Origin: a virus
Taxonomy: Duplodnaviria > Caudoviricetes
Direction: 5' to 3' (one strand)
Length of the DNA stretch: 64,000 bases
IMG/VR virus record: IMGVR_UViG_3300027983_002389
Shown: positions 48,831-56,964 of the stretch, piece after piece
Position numbering within the stretch: position 1 is the first letter of the stretch
Layout of the letters: each line of letters begins with the position of its first letter
Translations under genes and position numbers: made by a program
The notes under the pieces: generated by a model
The model's database searches: none
The model's input: only the letters and a program-made list of their open reading frames with translations
Told to the model about the DNA's origin: nothing

Positions 48831-49883
48831 ATGAAACCTGATCCTCGGTACACGTTGAATCCGTTCAATCATGAGCCAAGAATTCAACTTATTGATGGCG
48901 ACGGTAGCCTGATTCAAATGATTAGCCAGATTGAGGCTTTTCATTTGTTGCGGCATGGCTTTTGTGAATTATTGATGATTAAACCTCCCACCTTGCAGTT
49001 CCAGTTGGATCGCAAGCATTGGGATGTTCGCTTTATGCGATTGAAACCACCCCGTTGGTTTCGAGATAGTGGTCAATATCTTGAGGCTCGAAAGAGCGTC
49101 ATGTATGGCAACTTTCACATTCAGTCGCCTGACGGCAATGATATGTTCCATTGTAATTCACAAAAGGCATTGTGGTATTTGAATCGAGACATTGCCGATA
49201 TTGTGTGCAGCAATCCCCCTACGTTGAAATTGAAGTTTGTTCCTGGAGGCTTAGGTCACGTTGGCGACACCTATTATCTTACTGAGAAATTGAATAGGTG
49301 TGTGGTTTGTGCCAGTGAGCGAAACTTAAATCGCCATCATGTTATGCCTCGTGTGTTCCGGCGTCACTTGCCAGAATCCATTAAGGACCACAATTATCAT
49401 GATGTATTGCTCATGTGCATTGATTGTCACGAACAATACGAACAAGAGGCGGATAAATTCAAGCAGGAAATCTGTAGGGAATTAGATTTCGACATCAACA
49501 ATGGCGCTGGTCAAATCTATTTGCCTGAGATTGGCAATGCTGTGAAAGCCGCTCGTGCGTTGTTCCACTACGAAAATGTAATTCCAGAGCCTCGTAAATC
49601 TCTATTGCTCAATACGCTCAGAGAGTATTTGAAAAAAGAAGAAGTAACTCGCCAAGACTTGGAAGAAGTGTCCTCGCATTTTTCTTGGCATCGACCTGAT
49701 GGCTACCAGAACTACGGAGAGTTCGTAATTAGCAAGATTGGCGACATTCAAGAATTCACAGAGCGATGGCGGCAACACTTTATTGACGTGATGAAGCCGA
49801 AATACTTGCCAGCGTATTGGGATGTGCAAAAGCCTTTGATTCGTGATCGTGTGAGAAATAAAATACAGGTCGAACCAAAATGA
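48831..49883 (+). CDS. HNH-like nuclease resembling the C-terminal region of eukaryotic EXD2
   Basis: YGN....SPDG..MF.C...KA.WYL, N.CVVC, RHHV.P..FR, HDVLLMC..CH, WR.HF...MKP.YLP. Confidence 0.7.
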   Translation: MKPDPRYTLNPFNHEPRIQLIDGDGSLIQMISQIEAFHLLRHGFCELLMIKPPTLQFQLDRKHWDVRFMRLKPPRWFRDSGQYLEARKSVMYGNFHIQSPDGNDMFHCNSQKALWYLNRDIADIVCSNPPTLKLKFVPGGLGHVGDTYYLTEKLNRCVVCASERNLNRHHVMPRVFRRHLPESIKDHNYHDVLLMCIDCHEQYEQEADKFKQEICRELDFDINNGAGQIYLPEIGNAVKAARALFHYENVIPEPRKSLLLNTLREYLKKEEVTRQDLEEVSSHFSWHRPDGYQNYGEFVISKIGDIQEFTERWRQHFIDVMKPKYLPAYWDVQKPLIRDRVRNKIQVEPK

Positions 49884-49896
49884 CTTTTTGCTCTCT
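49868..49896 (+). promoter_or_regulatory. GGTCGAACC-N14-CTCTCT motif
   Basis: Ends 11 nt upstream of the RNA ligase ATG. Confidence 0.8.
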
Positions 49897-49907
49897 AGGT
49901 TGTCATC

Positions 49908-50567
49908 ATGAACAATTTACGAAAATACCCTCGAACGTATCATTTTCCGTGGAGTCCTGGCACGACTTCCGATGATCGCATATTGCCCAATGTGAAACAT
50001 TTTGAGGGCATGGAAGTTGTGGTGACTGAGAAGCTGGACGGTGAAAATACGTCTATGTATCTCGATCATATTCATGCCCGATCTTTGGACTCAAAGCATC
50101 ACCCTTCTCGAACCTGGGCCAAGGTATTGCACGGTCAGATTCGTCACGAAATTCCTCTTGGTTGGAGAATTTGTGGTGAAAATGTCTATGCCTTGCATTC
50201 CATTTCATACAACAGCTTAGAAGCCTATTTCTACGTTTTCGGAATTTACGACGACAACAATCAATGTTTGTCGTGGGACGAAACCGTAGTTTACGCCACA
50301 ATGTTTGGACTGCGAACAGTGCCAGTTCTTTATCGTGGACCGTGGAACGAGTCGAAGGTCAAAGCCTGTTGGACAGGCATTTCGACTGCATCCCCAGGCG
50401 ATCAACAAGAAGGATATGTCCTGCGAGTAGCGCAGGCTTTCCCGTATGATGCTCAAGATGACGGGTTGTTTTCTCAATACACTGCCAAATATGTCCGGGA
50501 GAACCACGTTCAAACGGATCAGCATTGGCTTGAAAAACCTGTAGTCCCTAACTTGCTAAGGAAATAA
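49908..50567 (+). CDS. ATP-dependent RNA ligase (Rnl2-like family)
   Basis: KYPRTYH.PWS, TEKLDGEN, GEN, F.VF, EGYV.R, AKYVR..HVQTD.HW. Confidence 0.9.
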   Translation: MNNLRKYPRTYHFPWSPGTTSDDRILPNVKHFEGMEVVVTEKLDGENTSMYLDHIHARSLDSKHHPSRTWAKVLHGQIRHEIPLGWRICGENVYALHSISYNSLEAYFYVFGIYDDNNQCLSWDETVVYATMFGLRTVPVLYRGPWNESKVKACWTGISTASPGDQQEGYVLRVAQAFPYDAQDDGLFSQYTAKYVRENHVQTDQHWLEKPVVPNLLRK

Positions 50568-50630
50568 CATGGGAGTTGCTGCGATTCATTACGTCCTGGG
50601 AATTAACGAACTGAACACAGATGGTTTTTT

Positions 50631-50843
50631 CTAGCTGATATTTGACTTATCGTGGTTTCTGCCTAAAGTAATGTTTATTTGTAGGCGAACTTCTTTATTT
50701 TCAAAGCTCCAACATTCGCCAGTGTTATCTATAAATACAACCCAAACTAAGTTGTGTTCTTGGGAGTAGTCAATGACAAGATGGGCGTACCCCTTGCCTT
50801 TAGGAGTTTCTAGTGGTATTGGGGGATTTAGCTGTATAATCAT
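50631..50843 (-). CDS. small phage hypothetical protein
   Basis: QLNPPIPL.TPKG.G.A...IDY..EH...W...TGECW. Confidence 0.7.
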   Translation of the reverse strand: MIIQLNPPIPLETPKGKGYAHLVIDYSQEHNLVWVVFIDNTGECWSFENKEVRLQINITLGRNHDKSNIS

Positions 50844-50975
50844 ATTGTATTTAGTATCAACTTTAGCCGAAATCTGACGACTTGGGGGGAATTGAGAGCA
50901 GCCGCAAAGTCGATGAAGCCCTGGGAACCAAGTTTGTCTGGATGCCAGAATAATTATTTTCACACATTGGCATTA

Positions 50976-51004
50976 GGTCGAACCAAAAGCCAACTTCCCT
51001 CTCT
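50976..51004 (+). promoter_or_regulatory. GGTCGAACC-N14-CTCTCT motif
   Basis: Ends 8 nt upstream of ATG 51013. Confidence 0.8.
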
Positions 51005-51012
51005 AGGTTTTT

Positions 51013-51279
51013 ATGCACTACGTCATACTTATTCCTAAAACATATAAGGATAGACCTTACGTTTACGGGCCATTTGAACACAGCTACTTTGAATTGGGTG
51101 GTTGGATTGGCGACCAAGGACTGGCCATGCAGTATATGGCTCTTGGGAAAATTCTTGGTTTGTGGCAAGTTATGCACCCCGGAATGATCCTGAACGTGAA
51201 TGATCCGGCTCAAAAGCAATTGGCCGATCAAATGGCAGGAGCGGGAATGGTATCAATCTTGGGCAACAAGAAACCTTAA
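51013..51279 (+). CDS. hypothetical protein
   Basis: ORF directly after motif. Confidence 0.6.
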   Translation: MHYVILIPKTYKDRPYVYGPFEHSYFELGGWIGDQGLAMQYMALGKILGLWQVMHPGMILNVNDPAQKQLADQMAGAGMVSILGNKKP

Positions 51280-51414
51280 CTTTACAACCATACTTTTTTG
51301 TGGTAAAATATCACATCAAAAGCCGGATATTCGATATATTCGGCTAAAGTTTGATTGTGGTCTGCCGATATAACTAACAACTACAAACCACTTTCGCCGA
51401 ACTGGAAAACACTC

Positions 51415-53034
51415 ATGTCAAAGAAACTTGGAAAATCCAGCTATCCTGCTGGTCACGGAGCAAGCGATTTTCAATGTTTTGGTCCCCCTGCTCTGGAAGA
51501 TGGCAATTTTGACACCTGCAAGATCGCCGATATGGGATCATTCTCACAGGAAGAAAAGGACTCGAATAAGTATTACCACGCAGCCGTGGTGAAGTCCAAA
51601 ATCTCCAACGCATTCTACACATATTTCGAGTGGGGCCGTGTCGGCGCATCGTCGCCACAGTTCCAGATGATTGAATGTGCCAACGAAGCTGAATCGCAGC
51701 GTGAATTCGCCGCTCAGTGCCACGATAAAAACGACAAGCGTGGCGTGTGGTCTACTGTCGCTGGTCTTCGTACTCTGACAGCTAAACCCGGCAAGGACGT
51801 ATATTTGGTTCGTCAATTGACAACTCGCAGCACTGGTCTGCCTGACGCCAAGACAATCAAATATATTGATCCTAATACTCCGAAAAAGCCTGATCCCAAG
51901 GCGGTATCTGGTTCGGTCGTCAAGAAGTCTTCAAAGAAAGCCGATGCGCATACGAGTCGTTTATTGTCCGATTTGATCGGCGGCACGATTAAGTACACCC
52001 GTTCGGCGATGGCTGATGATAGCCTACCTACTCAGACGGCTATTGACCAAGCCCGCACCATTATCACTGAGGCGCAGAAGCGTGTTGGTGCTGTGGGTGA
52101 TGATTTGGACGATCAAATTGCAGATAAAGAGCTTCGGGTATATTCGTCCGAATTGTATCGGCGTATTCCGAAGGTCAAAGCTGTCGGCACACCTGATAGT
52201 GTGTGGATTCTGAGTGGCAACAACATCCTGTCTTGGCAACAGGACTTAGACGCCTTTGAGTCTGCTCTGACGGGACAGGCCCAGGTCGAAAACGATAGTG
52301 ATTCCGATCCGTTCCACGGTCTGCCGCTTCACATGGAGTGGATTGACCCCAAGACTGATCTTGGTAAATTCCTCACCTTTTGGTGGCCAAAGGCGACGGC
52401 AAATCGTCACGGCCATATTGGGTCGATGAAAATTAAGAATCTGTGGAAGGTGGATCGTCACGGTGACGACGAAAAGTTCACCAAGACACAGGATAAGATT
52501 TATTCTGAAATTGCCGGGGCCAAACTTAGTGAGTCCCCATTGTTTCAGCCCAGCGAACGGCACGATGTTGATCCAAAGCGTCGTGAAGTATTCAGTGGTT
52601 CCAATACTGCTCTATTGTTTCACGGAACTCGTTCAGTTAACGTGAAGGGCATCTTGGAGACAAATTTCCGTCTGCCAAAACAATTGGTCGGAGTGCCAAT
52701 TGCCGGTGCTATGTTTGGCCCGTTGCACTATGAAGCTGATGATTGGAAAAAATCAGCCGGATATACGTCGCTTCGGGGTTCAATCTGGTCTGGCGGTAGC
52801 GGTAGCGTTGCTGGGCGGTCTGCCTTTATGTTTGCTAACGATGTTGTTTTGGGAGAACCATATGTTGCTCCTGGACCTCATGGTTATCAGAATGCACCGA
52901 AAGGAACTCATTGCATTTTTGGTATGGGCAAAAACCACGGCAAGAATCGTAATAGTGGAGTTGAAAACAACGAGTGGGTTGTTCCTGATATTTCGCAAGT
53001 TCGCATCAGATACTTGGCAGAATTTGATTCTTGA
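51415..53034 (+). CDS. WGR-domain poly(ADP-ribose) polymerase-like protein (WGR, regulatory, catalytic)
   Basis: NKYY...EWGRVG; S.ELY..IP; LLFHGTR, GAMFG..Y, KSAGY, V.LG, NNEWV, RYL.EF. Confidence 0.85.
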   Translation: MSKKLGKSSYPAGHGASDFQCFGPPALEDGNFDTCKIADMGSFSQEEKDSNKYYHAAVVKSKISNAFYTYFEWGRVGASSPQFQMIECANEAESQREFAAQCHDKNDKRGVWSTVAGLRTLTAKPGKDVYLVRQLTTRSTGLPDAKTIKYIDPNTPKKPDPKAVSGSVVKKSSKKADAHTSRLLSDLIGGTIKYTRSAMADDSLPTQTAIDQARTIITEAQKRVGAVGDDLDDQIADKELRVYSSELYRRIPKVKAVGTPDSVWILSGNNILSWQQDLDAFESALTGQAQVENDSDSDPFHGLPLHMEWIDPKTDLGKFLTFWWPKATANRHGHIGSMKIKNLWKVDRHGDDEKFTKTQDKIYSEIAGAKLSESPLFQPSERHDVDPKRREVFSGSNTALLFHGTRSVNVKGILETNFRLPKQLVGVPIAGAMFGPLHYEADDWKKSAGYTSLRGSIWSGGSGSVAGRSAFMFANDVVLGEPYVAPGPHGYQNAPKGTHCIFGMGKNHGKNRNSGVENNEWVVPDISQVRIRYLAEFDS

Positions 53035-53092
53035 AATACTATAATACTCTAGTCGTCTTTCATTGTGTGACGATGATTGGAGTATTTATATT

Positions 53093-53905
53093 ATGCCAAG
53101 AGGAAGACCGCCAACTCACCAAAAACTATTGGACCGAGAGTTTTTGTGCGAAAAGTATCTGACTGAAAAGTGGTCCACAGTAAAGATAGCGAAACTTGTT
53201 GGCTGCGACCCAAAAGCAGTTAATTACAAGTTGAGAAAATATGGAATTGTCCCTCGAAATTTCAGCGAATCGCACCGGATTGACAAATGGTCATTCACTG
53301 GAGACAAAAGTGTTCTTTACGGGTCATTGCTTGGTGATGGCTCGTTATTGCGGCGGAATAAACAAACTGGCCAAGGTCAAGCCAGTTTTAGCAAAAAGAA
53401 TGTGGGTTACGATCATGTTTGTTTTGTTGGATGGAAATTGCTTATGAGTGATCCAACGGAGAGAATAACCGAATATCACCCAGAAAAAGGTAGGACACAA
53501 TTTAAGTTTACAACAAGAAATTGTGTCGAGTTTTTGGACGAATACCAAAGGTGGTATCCATCAGGGGATAAAGTCGTTCCTCATGATTTAATCCTCGACC
53601 AAAAAATTCTCCTTCATTGGTTTTTGGATGATGGTCATTGCTGTTGGAAAAATGAAAAGAAGACACGAACTCACATTGGGTTTTCAACAGAATCTTTTTC
53701 AAAAGAGAATTGTGAATATCTGTGTGCAGAATTCGGTCGCCTGGGGTGTGCGGCGCATCTTGGAAAAAGTCATGCTGGTCATGGGCATGTTATTGCGTTA
53801 CGGGCGAAATCGCATCGAGATTTTTTCGATTTGATTGGCCCGTGTCCTGCGGAGATTCCCAGTATGATATATAAATGGAAAATTCCTTGTGAGGAAACGA
53901 AGTGA
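53093..53905 (+). CDS. free-standing LAGLIDADG homing endonuclease with N-terminal HTH
   Basis: YGSLLGDGS and HWFLDDG motifs, WYP.G.K.VP, STESFS, M.YKW. Confidence 0.88.
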   Translation: MPRGRPPTHQKLLDREFLCEKYLTEKWSTVKIAKLVGCDPKAVNYKLRKYGIVPRNFSESHRIDKWSFTGDKSVLYGSLLGDGSLLRRNKQTGQGQASFSKKNVGYDHVCFVGWKLLMSDPTERITEYHPEKGRTQFKFTTRNCVEFLDEYQRWYPSGDKVVPHDLILDQKILLHWFLDDGHCCWKNEKKTRTHIGFSTESFSKENCEYLCAEFGRLGCAAHLGKSHAGHGHVIALRAKSHRDFFDLIGPCPAEIPSMIYKWKIPCEETK

Positions 53906-53944
53906 TGATGTGGCAACTGGATATTGGTATTTTCTAATGAGCAA

Positions 53945-54135
53945 TTCGAGTTTAGTCCCGGTCGTTTAGACGGTCGGGTTGACGACTGAATTCGAGACGT
54001 AAGAGAATAGCCCCGGCTGCTAGAGTTCATAGCGGGATACTCCCGTGGTCGGGTCGATCTCTTATAAAGATTGGGATAGGGTTCGATTCCCGTAGACAAA
54101 ATGCCTGATTATGGCCACCGAAACAGCCGGGGTTT
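53945..54135 (+). ncRNA. structured intergenic RNA containing a degenerate tRNA (anticodon UAU)
   Basis: Long hairpin 53946-53995; CCCCGGCTG/CAGCCGGGG stem enclosing GATCT-CTTATAA-AGATT and GGG-TTCGATT-CCC. Confidence 0.5.
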
Positions 54136-54145
54136 TTACGAATTA

Positions 54146-54174
54146 GGTCGAACCAAAATCAACTGTTGCTCTCT
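54146..54174 (+). promoter_or_regulatory. GGTCGAACC-N14-CTCTCT motif
   Basis: Intergenic, upstream of gene 54242. Confidence 0.8.
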
Positions 54175-54241
54175 TGGTGATTGCGACAGTTGATTGATGC
54201 AAACCAAACCAAACCAAACCAAACCCAAAGGAATTTCCAAA

Positions 54242-55081
54242 ATGAACAATGCAAGTCTTGTCCCGGTTATCGAAACAGTCGTGGACGAAAAGGTTCAAGC
54301 CGGTGAATTGTTCACCGCCCATGATGTGACTATTGAGGTCCGCAGTCGAGGTCATCGAACTGGTCATGGTGAAGTCCGTGATGCCGTTCATGACTATTAT
54401 GGTCGAGGCGGTTTGGGTGTTGCCTATACTCGCACCAATATCTCGGTGCTGGGCGGCAACCCATATTTGTACCATCGTGGTGCAGATGACGTTTCGACTT
54501 ACCATAATGTTCGTGGTGGCGGAAACAACCCAACGCCGGTCGTCACTCACTATGTTGCTGGAGGGCAAAAGAATTCAACGATTCAAGTTCCTCCGGTTGG
54601 TCAGAGTGGCGATGATGACGATGGCGATGGCGCTGCTGCCGGACAAACTGTGACCATTCCTTCGATTCTTTTGGGCAGTCTTTTGGACAGTCTGTCTTCA
54701 GTGCCTCAGAATTCCGTAGCTGGCATTGCAATTTCAGGCACAAACGGTCATGCTCGCAATAGTTCGACACGCACCAGCAATAAACCGGGCAATACCAAGG
54801 CTCGCACTGTTGATGGTCGTGGGACGCTGAGTATCCCTGCTCCGATTATTCGGCAGCTTGGATTTAAGCCTCGCCAAAAAGTATACGCAGTGGCGGCGAC
54901 TAATGGCGTGGATATTGTTGCCACGCAGCCTCCGGCATCTGCCGTATATTCAACCTTCACGGTTGACGATCACGAACAAGTTCGTCTGACACAGGCGTTG
55001 TTGCAGCGTGCCGGTATTGCTGGCACGCAATATGATGTCGAACAATTGACCAATAAGGTGGTAGTCAAACTTTCCAAGTAG
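54242..55081 (+). CDS. protein with C-terminal AbrB/MraZ-like DNA-binding repeats
   Basis: TVDGRGTLSIP..I...LG and TVDDHEQVRL. Confidence 0.6.
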   Translation: MNNASLVPVIETVVDEKVQAGELFTAHDVTIEVRSRGHRTGHGEVRDAVHDYYGRGGLGVAYTRTNISVLGGNPYLYHRGADDVSTYHNVRGGGNNPTPVVTHYVAGGQKNSTIQVPPVGQSGDDDDGDGAAAGQTVTIPSILLGSLLDSLSSVPQNSVAGIAISGTNGHARNSSTRTSNKPGNTKARTVDGRGTLSIPAPIIRQLGFKPRQKVYAVAATNGVDIVATQPPASAVYSTFTVDDHEQVRLTQALLQRAGIAGTQYDVEQLTNKVVVKLSK

Positions 55082-55191
55082 ACTTTACACCATTGAAAAT
55101 CAGTGGTATAATCTTGCCACTGAAGTTTAGTAAACCCGAACCGAAACTTTTCAACCGACTAAAACCTGACTCTGATAAAAAGGGATTATCC

Positions 55192-56859
55192 ATGAGCGAT
55201 GAAGTCATCACGCTGTCGAGAGACGAATTTGAGGAAATCAAGGGGCAATTGGTGTTCCTTGACGCCGAACTTTCTCGGCTGCTTGCTCAACCTTTGGTTT
55301 ATGCCACGGTTGTCAAGGCCGACAACAAGTTCAATCTGGAAGTCTTCGAGCAGGGCGACCGAATGCTCGTTATTGACAAGGAACTTCGCAAGCAGAAGAA
55401 GTTCTACGGCAAGATTGCATCTGCCGGTGTCGATGAAGACGGCTGGGTGATTTTGGAATATCCTCATGGTGGTCGTGATCGACTGAACATCGGACTCAAG
55501 ACGGAACTACCCCAGGTAAAGTTGTTGGGTAAAGATGACGGCATGAACATCGTCATCACCTTCGACGGAAAGCTGTTTGAAGTTCACGGTCTGCCGGGCG
55601 TCTTCTTCAAGCCTTCCGAAAACGTGAAGGTCGATATGGAGACGAAGCAGATTCACTCCAGTACGGGCGTCAGCAGCGCCGGTGACGTGGTTTACATCAA
55701 GTCCATTGTGGACGAAAACCACGTTGAAGTTGAGAGCAACGGCAACAACCGTGTGGTGATCTTCGGCCTCGATCAGAAGATCGAACCGAGTGATCGTGTA
55801 ATGTTGGATAATTCCAACACGGTTGTTCTTCGAGTGTTGGAGCGTGACGGAAAGGATCGCTTCAACTTGACGGAAACTTCCGATACGAAGTGGGAAGACA
55901 TTGCCGGGTTGGAAGACGCCAAGGAACAACTGATCGAAGCGTTGGAAACTCCGTATCAGCACCCGGAAATTTACAAGTTCTACAATATGACTCCTCCCAA
56001 GGGTGTCCTGTTGTATGGACCACAAGGTTGTGGGAAGACGCTGACTGCCAAGGCAGCGGCAGCTTCTCTGGCTCGTACACACGGGTCGGAAAACTTCCAG
56101 TCGGGATTCATTTACGTCAAGGGGCCGGAACTACTGTCTAAGTGGGTTGGTCAGACCGAACAAGAAATTCGTGGTCTGTTCACCCGTGGTCGGGAACACT
56201 TCCAAAAGCATGGCTATCCTGCCTTGCTGTTCATTGACGAAGCTGATGCCCTTCTGCCGATGAGAGGGACTGGCAAGAGCAGCGACGTGGAAAACACCAT
56301 CGTCCCTCAGTTCTTGTCGGAAATGGATGGATTGGAAACGTCAGGCGTGATGGTTTTGTTGGCTACAAACCAACCGAAGCGTTTGGACCCCGCTATTGTT
56401 CGTGAAGGTCGTATTGACCGTCACGTCAAGATCAGCCGACCAACCGCAAAGAATGCTATTGAATACTTCCGAATTCACATGAGGGGTATGCCACTGGCGA
56501 AGGGCGTGGAGCCGGATGAAGTAGCGACACTTGCTGCTGCTGAACTCTTCCATGCTCAACGAGCATTGTACCGTGTGACTCATCGACAGACGGCGGAAAT
56601 TTTCCGTCTGGCTGATGCTGTGACGGGGGCGATGATTGCCGGAGTCGTGGCACAAGCCAAGTCCATCGCTATGAAGCGGGATTTGGCAAAGGGCGGCAAG
56701 CCGAAGGGCGTGTTGCCAGATGACTTCGCTGTTTCGGTGAACAATCACCATATTCAGCACGCTGATCTGAACGCTACGTTCGATCTGGAAGATTTCTGTG
56801 ATCGCCTTGGCTTCGACCGCAAGGCAGTCAATGTTGAAAAGTTGGCTGTTGCCAAGTAA
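55192..56859 (+). CDS. ARC/Mpa-like proteasome-type AAA+ ATPase
   Basis: N-terminal coil and OB-like region, PKGVLLYGPQGCGKT, VKGPELLSKWVG, SSDVENTIVPQFLSEMDG, DPAI.R.GR.D. Confidence 0.8.
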   Translation: MSDEVITLSRDEFEEIKGQLVFLDAELSRLLAQPLVYATVVKADNKFNLEVFEQGDRMLVIDKELRKQKKFYGKIASAGVDEDGWVILEYPHGGRDRLNIGLKTELPQVKLLGKDDGMNIVITFDGKLFEVHGLPGVFFKPSENVKVDMETKQIHSSTGVSSAGDVVYIKSIVDENHVEVESNGNNRVVIFGLDQKIEPSDRVMLDNSNTVVLRVLERDGKDRFNLTETSDTKWEDIAGLEDAKEQLIEALETPYQHPEIYKFYNMTPPKGVLLYGPQGCGKTLTAKAAAASLARTHGSENFQSGFIYVKGPELLSKWVGQTEQEIRGLFTRGREHFQKHGYPALLFIDEADALLPMRGTGKSSDVENTIVPQFLSEMDGLETSGVMVLLATNQPKRLDPAIVREGRIDRHVKISRPTAKNAIEYFRIHMRGMPLAKGVEPDEVATLAAAELFHAQRALYRVTHRQTAEIFRLADAVTGAMIAGVVAQAKSIAMKRDLAKGGKPKGVLPDDFAVSVNNHHIQHADLNATFDLEDFCDRLGFDRKAVNVEKLAVAK

Positions 56860-56890
56860 TTGGTGCAGTAAAAACTTAAAGGTTACACTG

Positions 56891-56924
56891 CTGCCCGGTC
56901 ATCGTGGGGATGACCGGGCAGTTT
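56891..56924 (+). terminator. intrinsic terminator
   Basis: CTGCCCGGTCATC/GATGACCGGGCAG followed by TTT. Confidence 0.7.
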
Positions 56925-56964
56925 GTGTTTACAGAACACGTCAAATGGGGTAGAATCATCCATC

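Noticed and set aside
53035-54140. Group I intron or intein hosting the LAGLIDADG gene
   Set aside because: PARP ends at its natural C-terminus, no downstream exon is evident, and I could not find P7 core sequences; treated as free-standing.
54200-54226. (CAAAC)n run extending ORF 54194
   Set aside because: Low-complexity 5' leader sequence; the SD-supported start is 54242.
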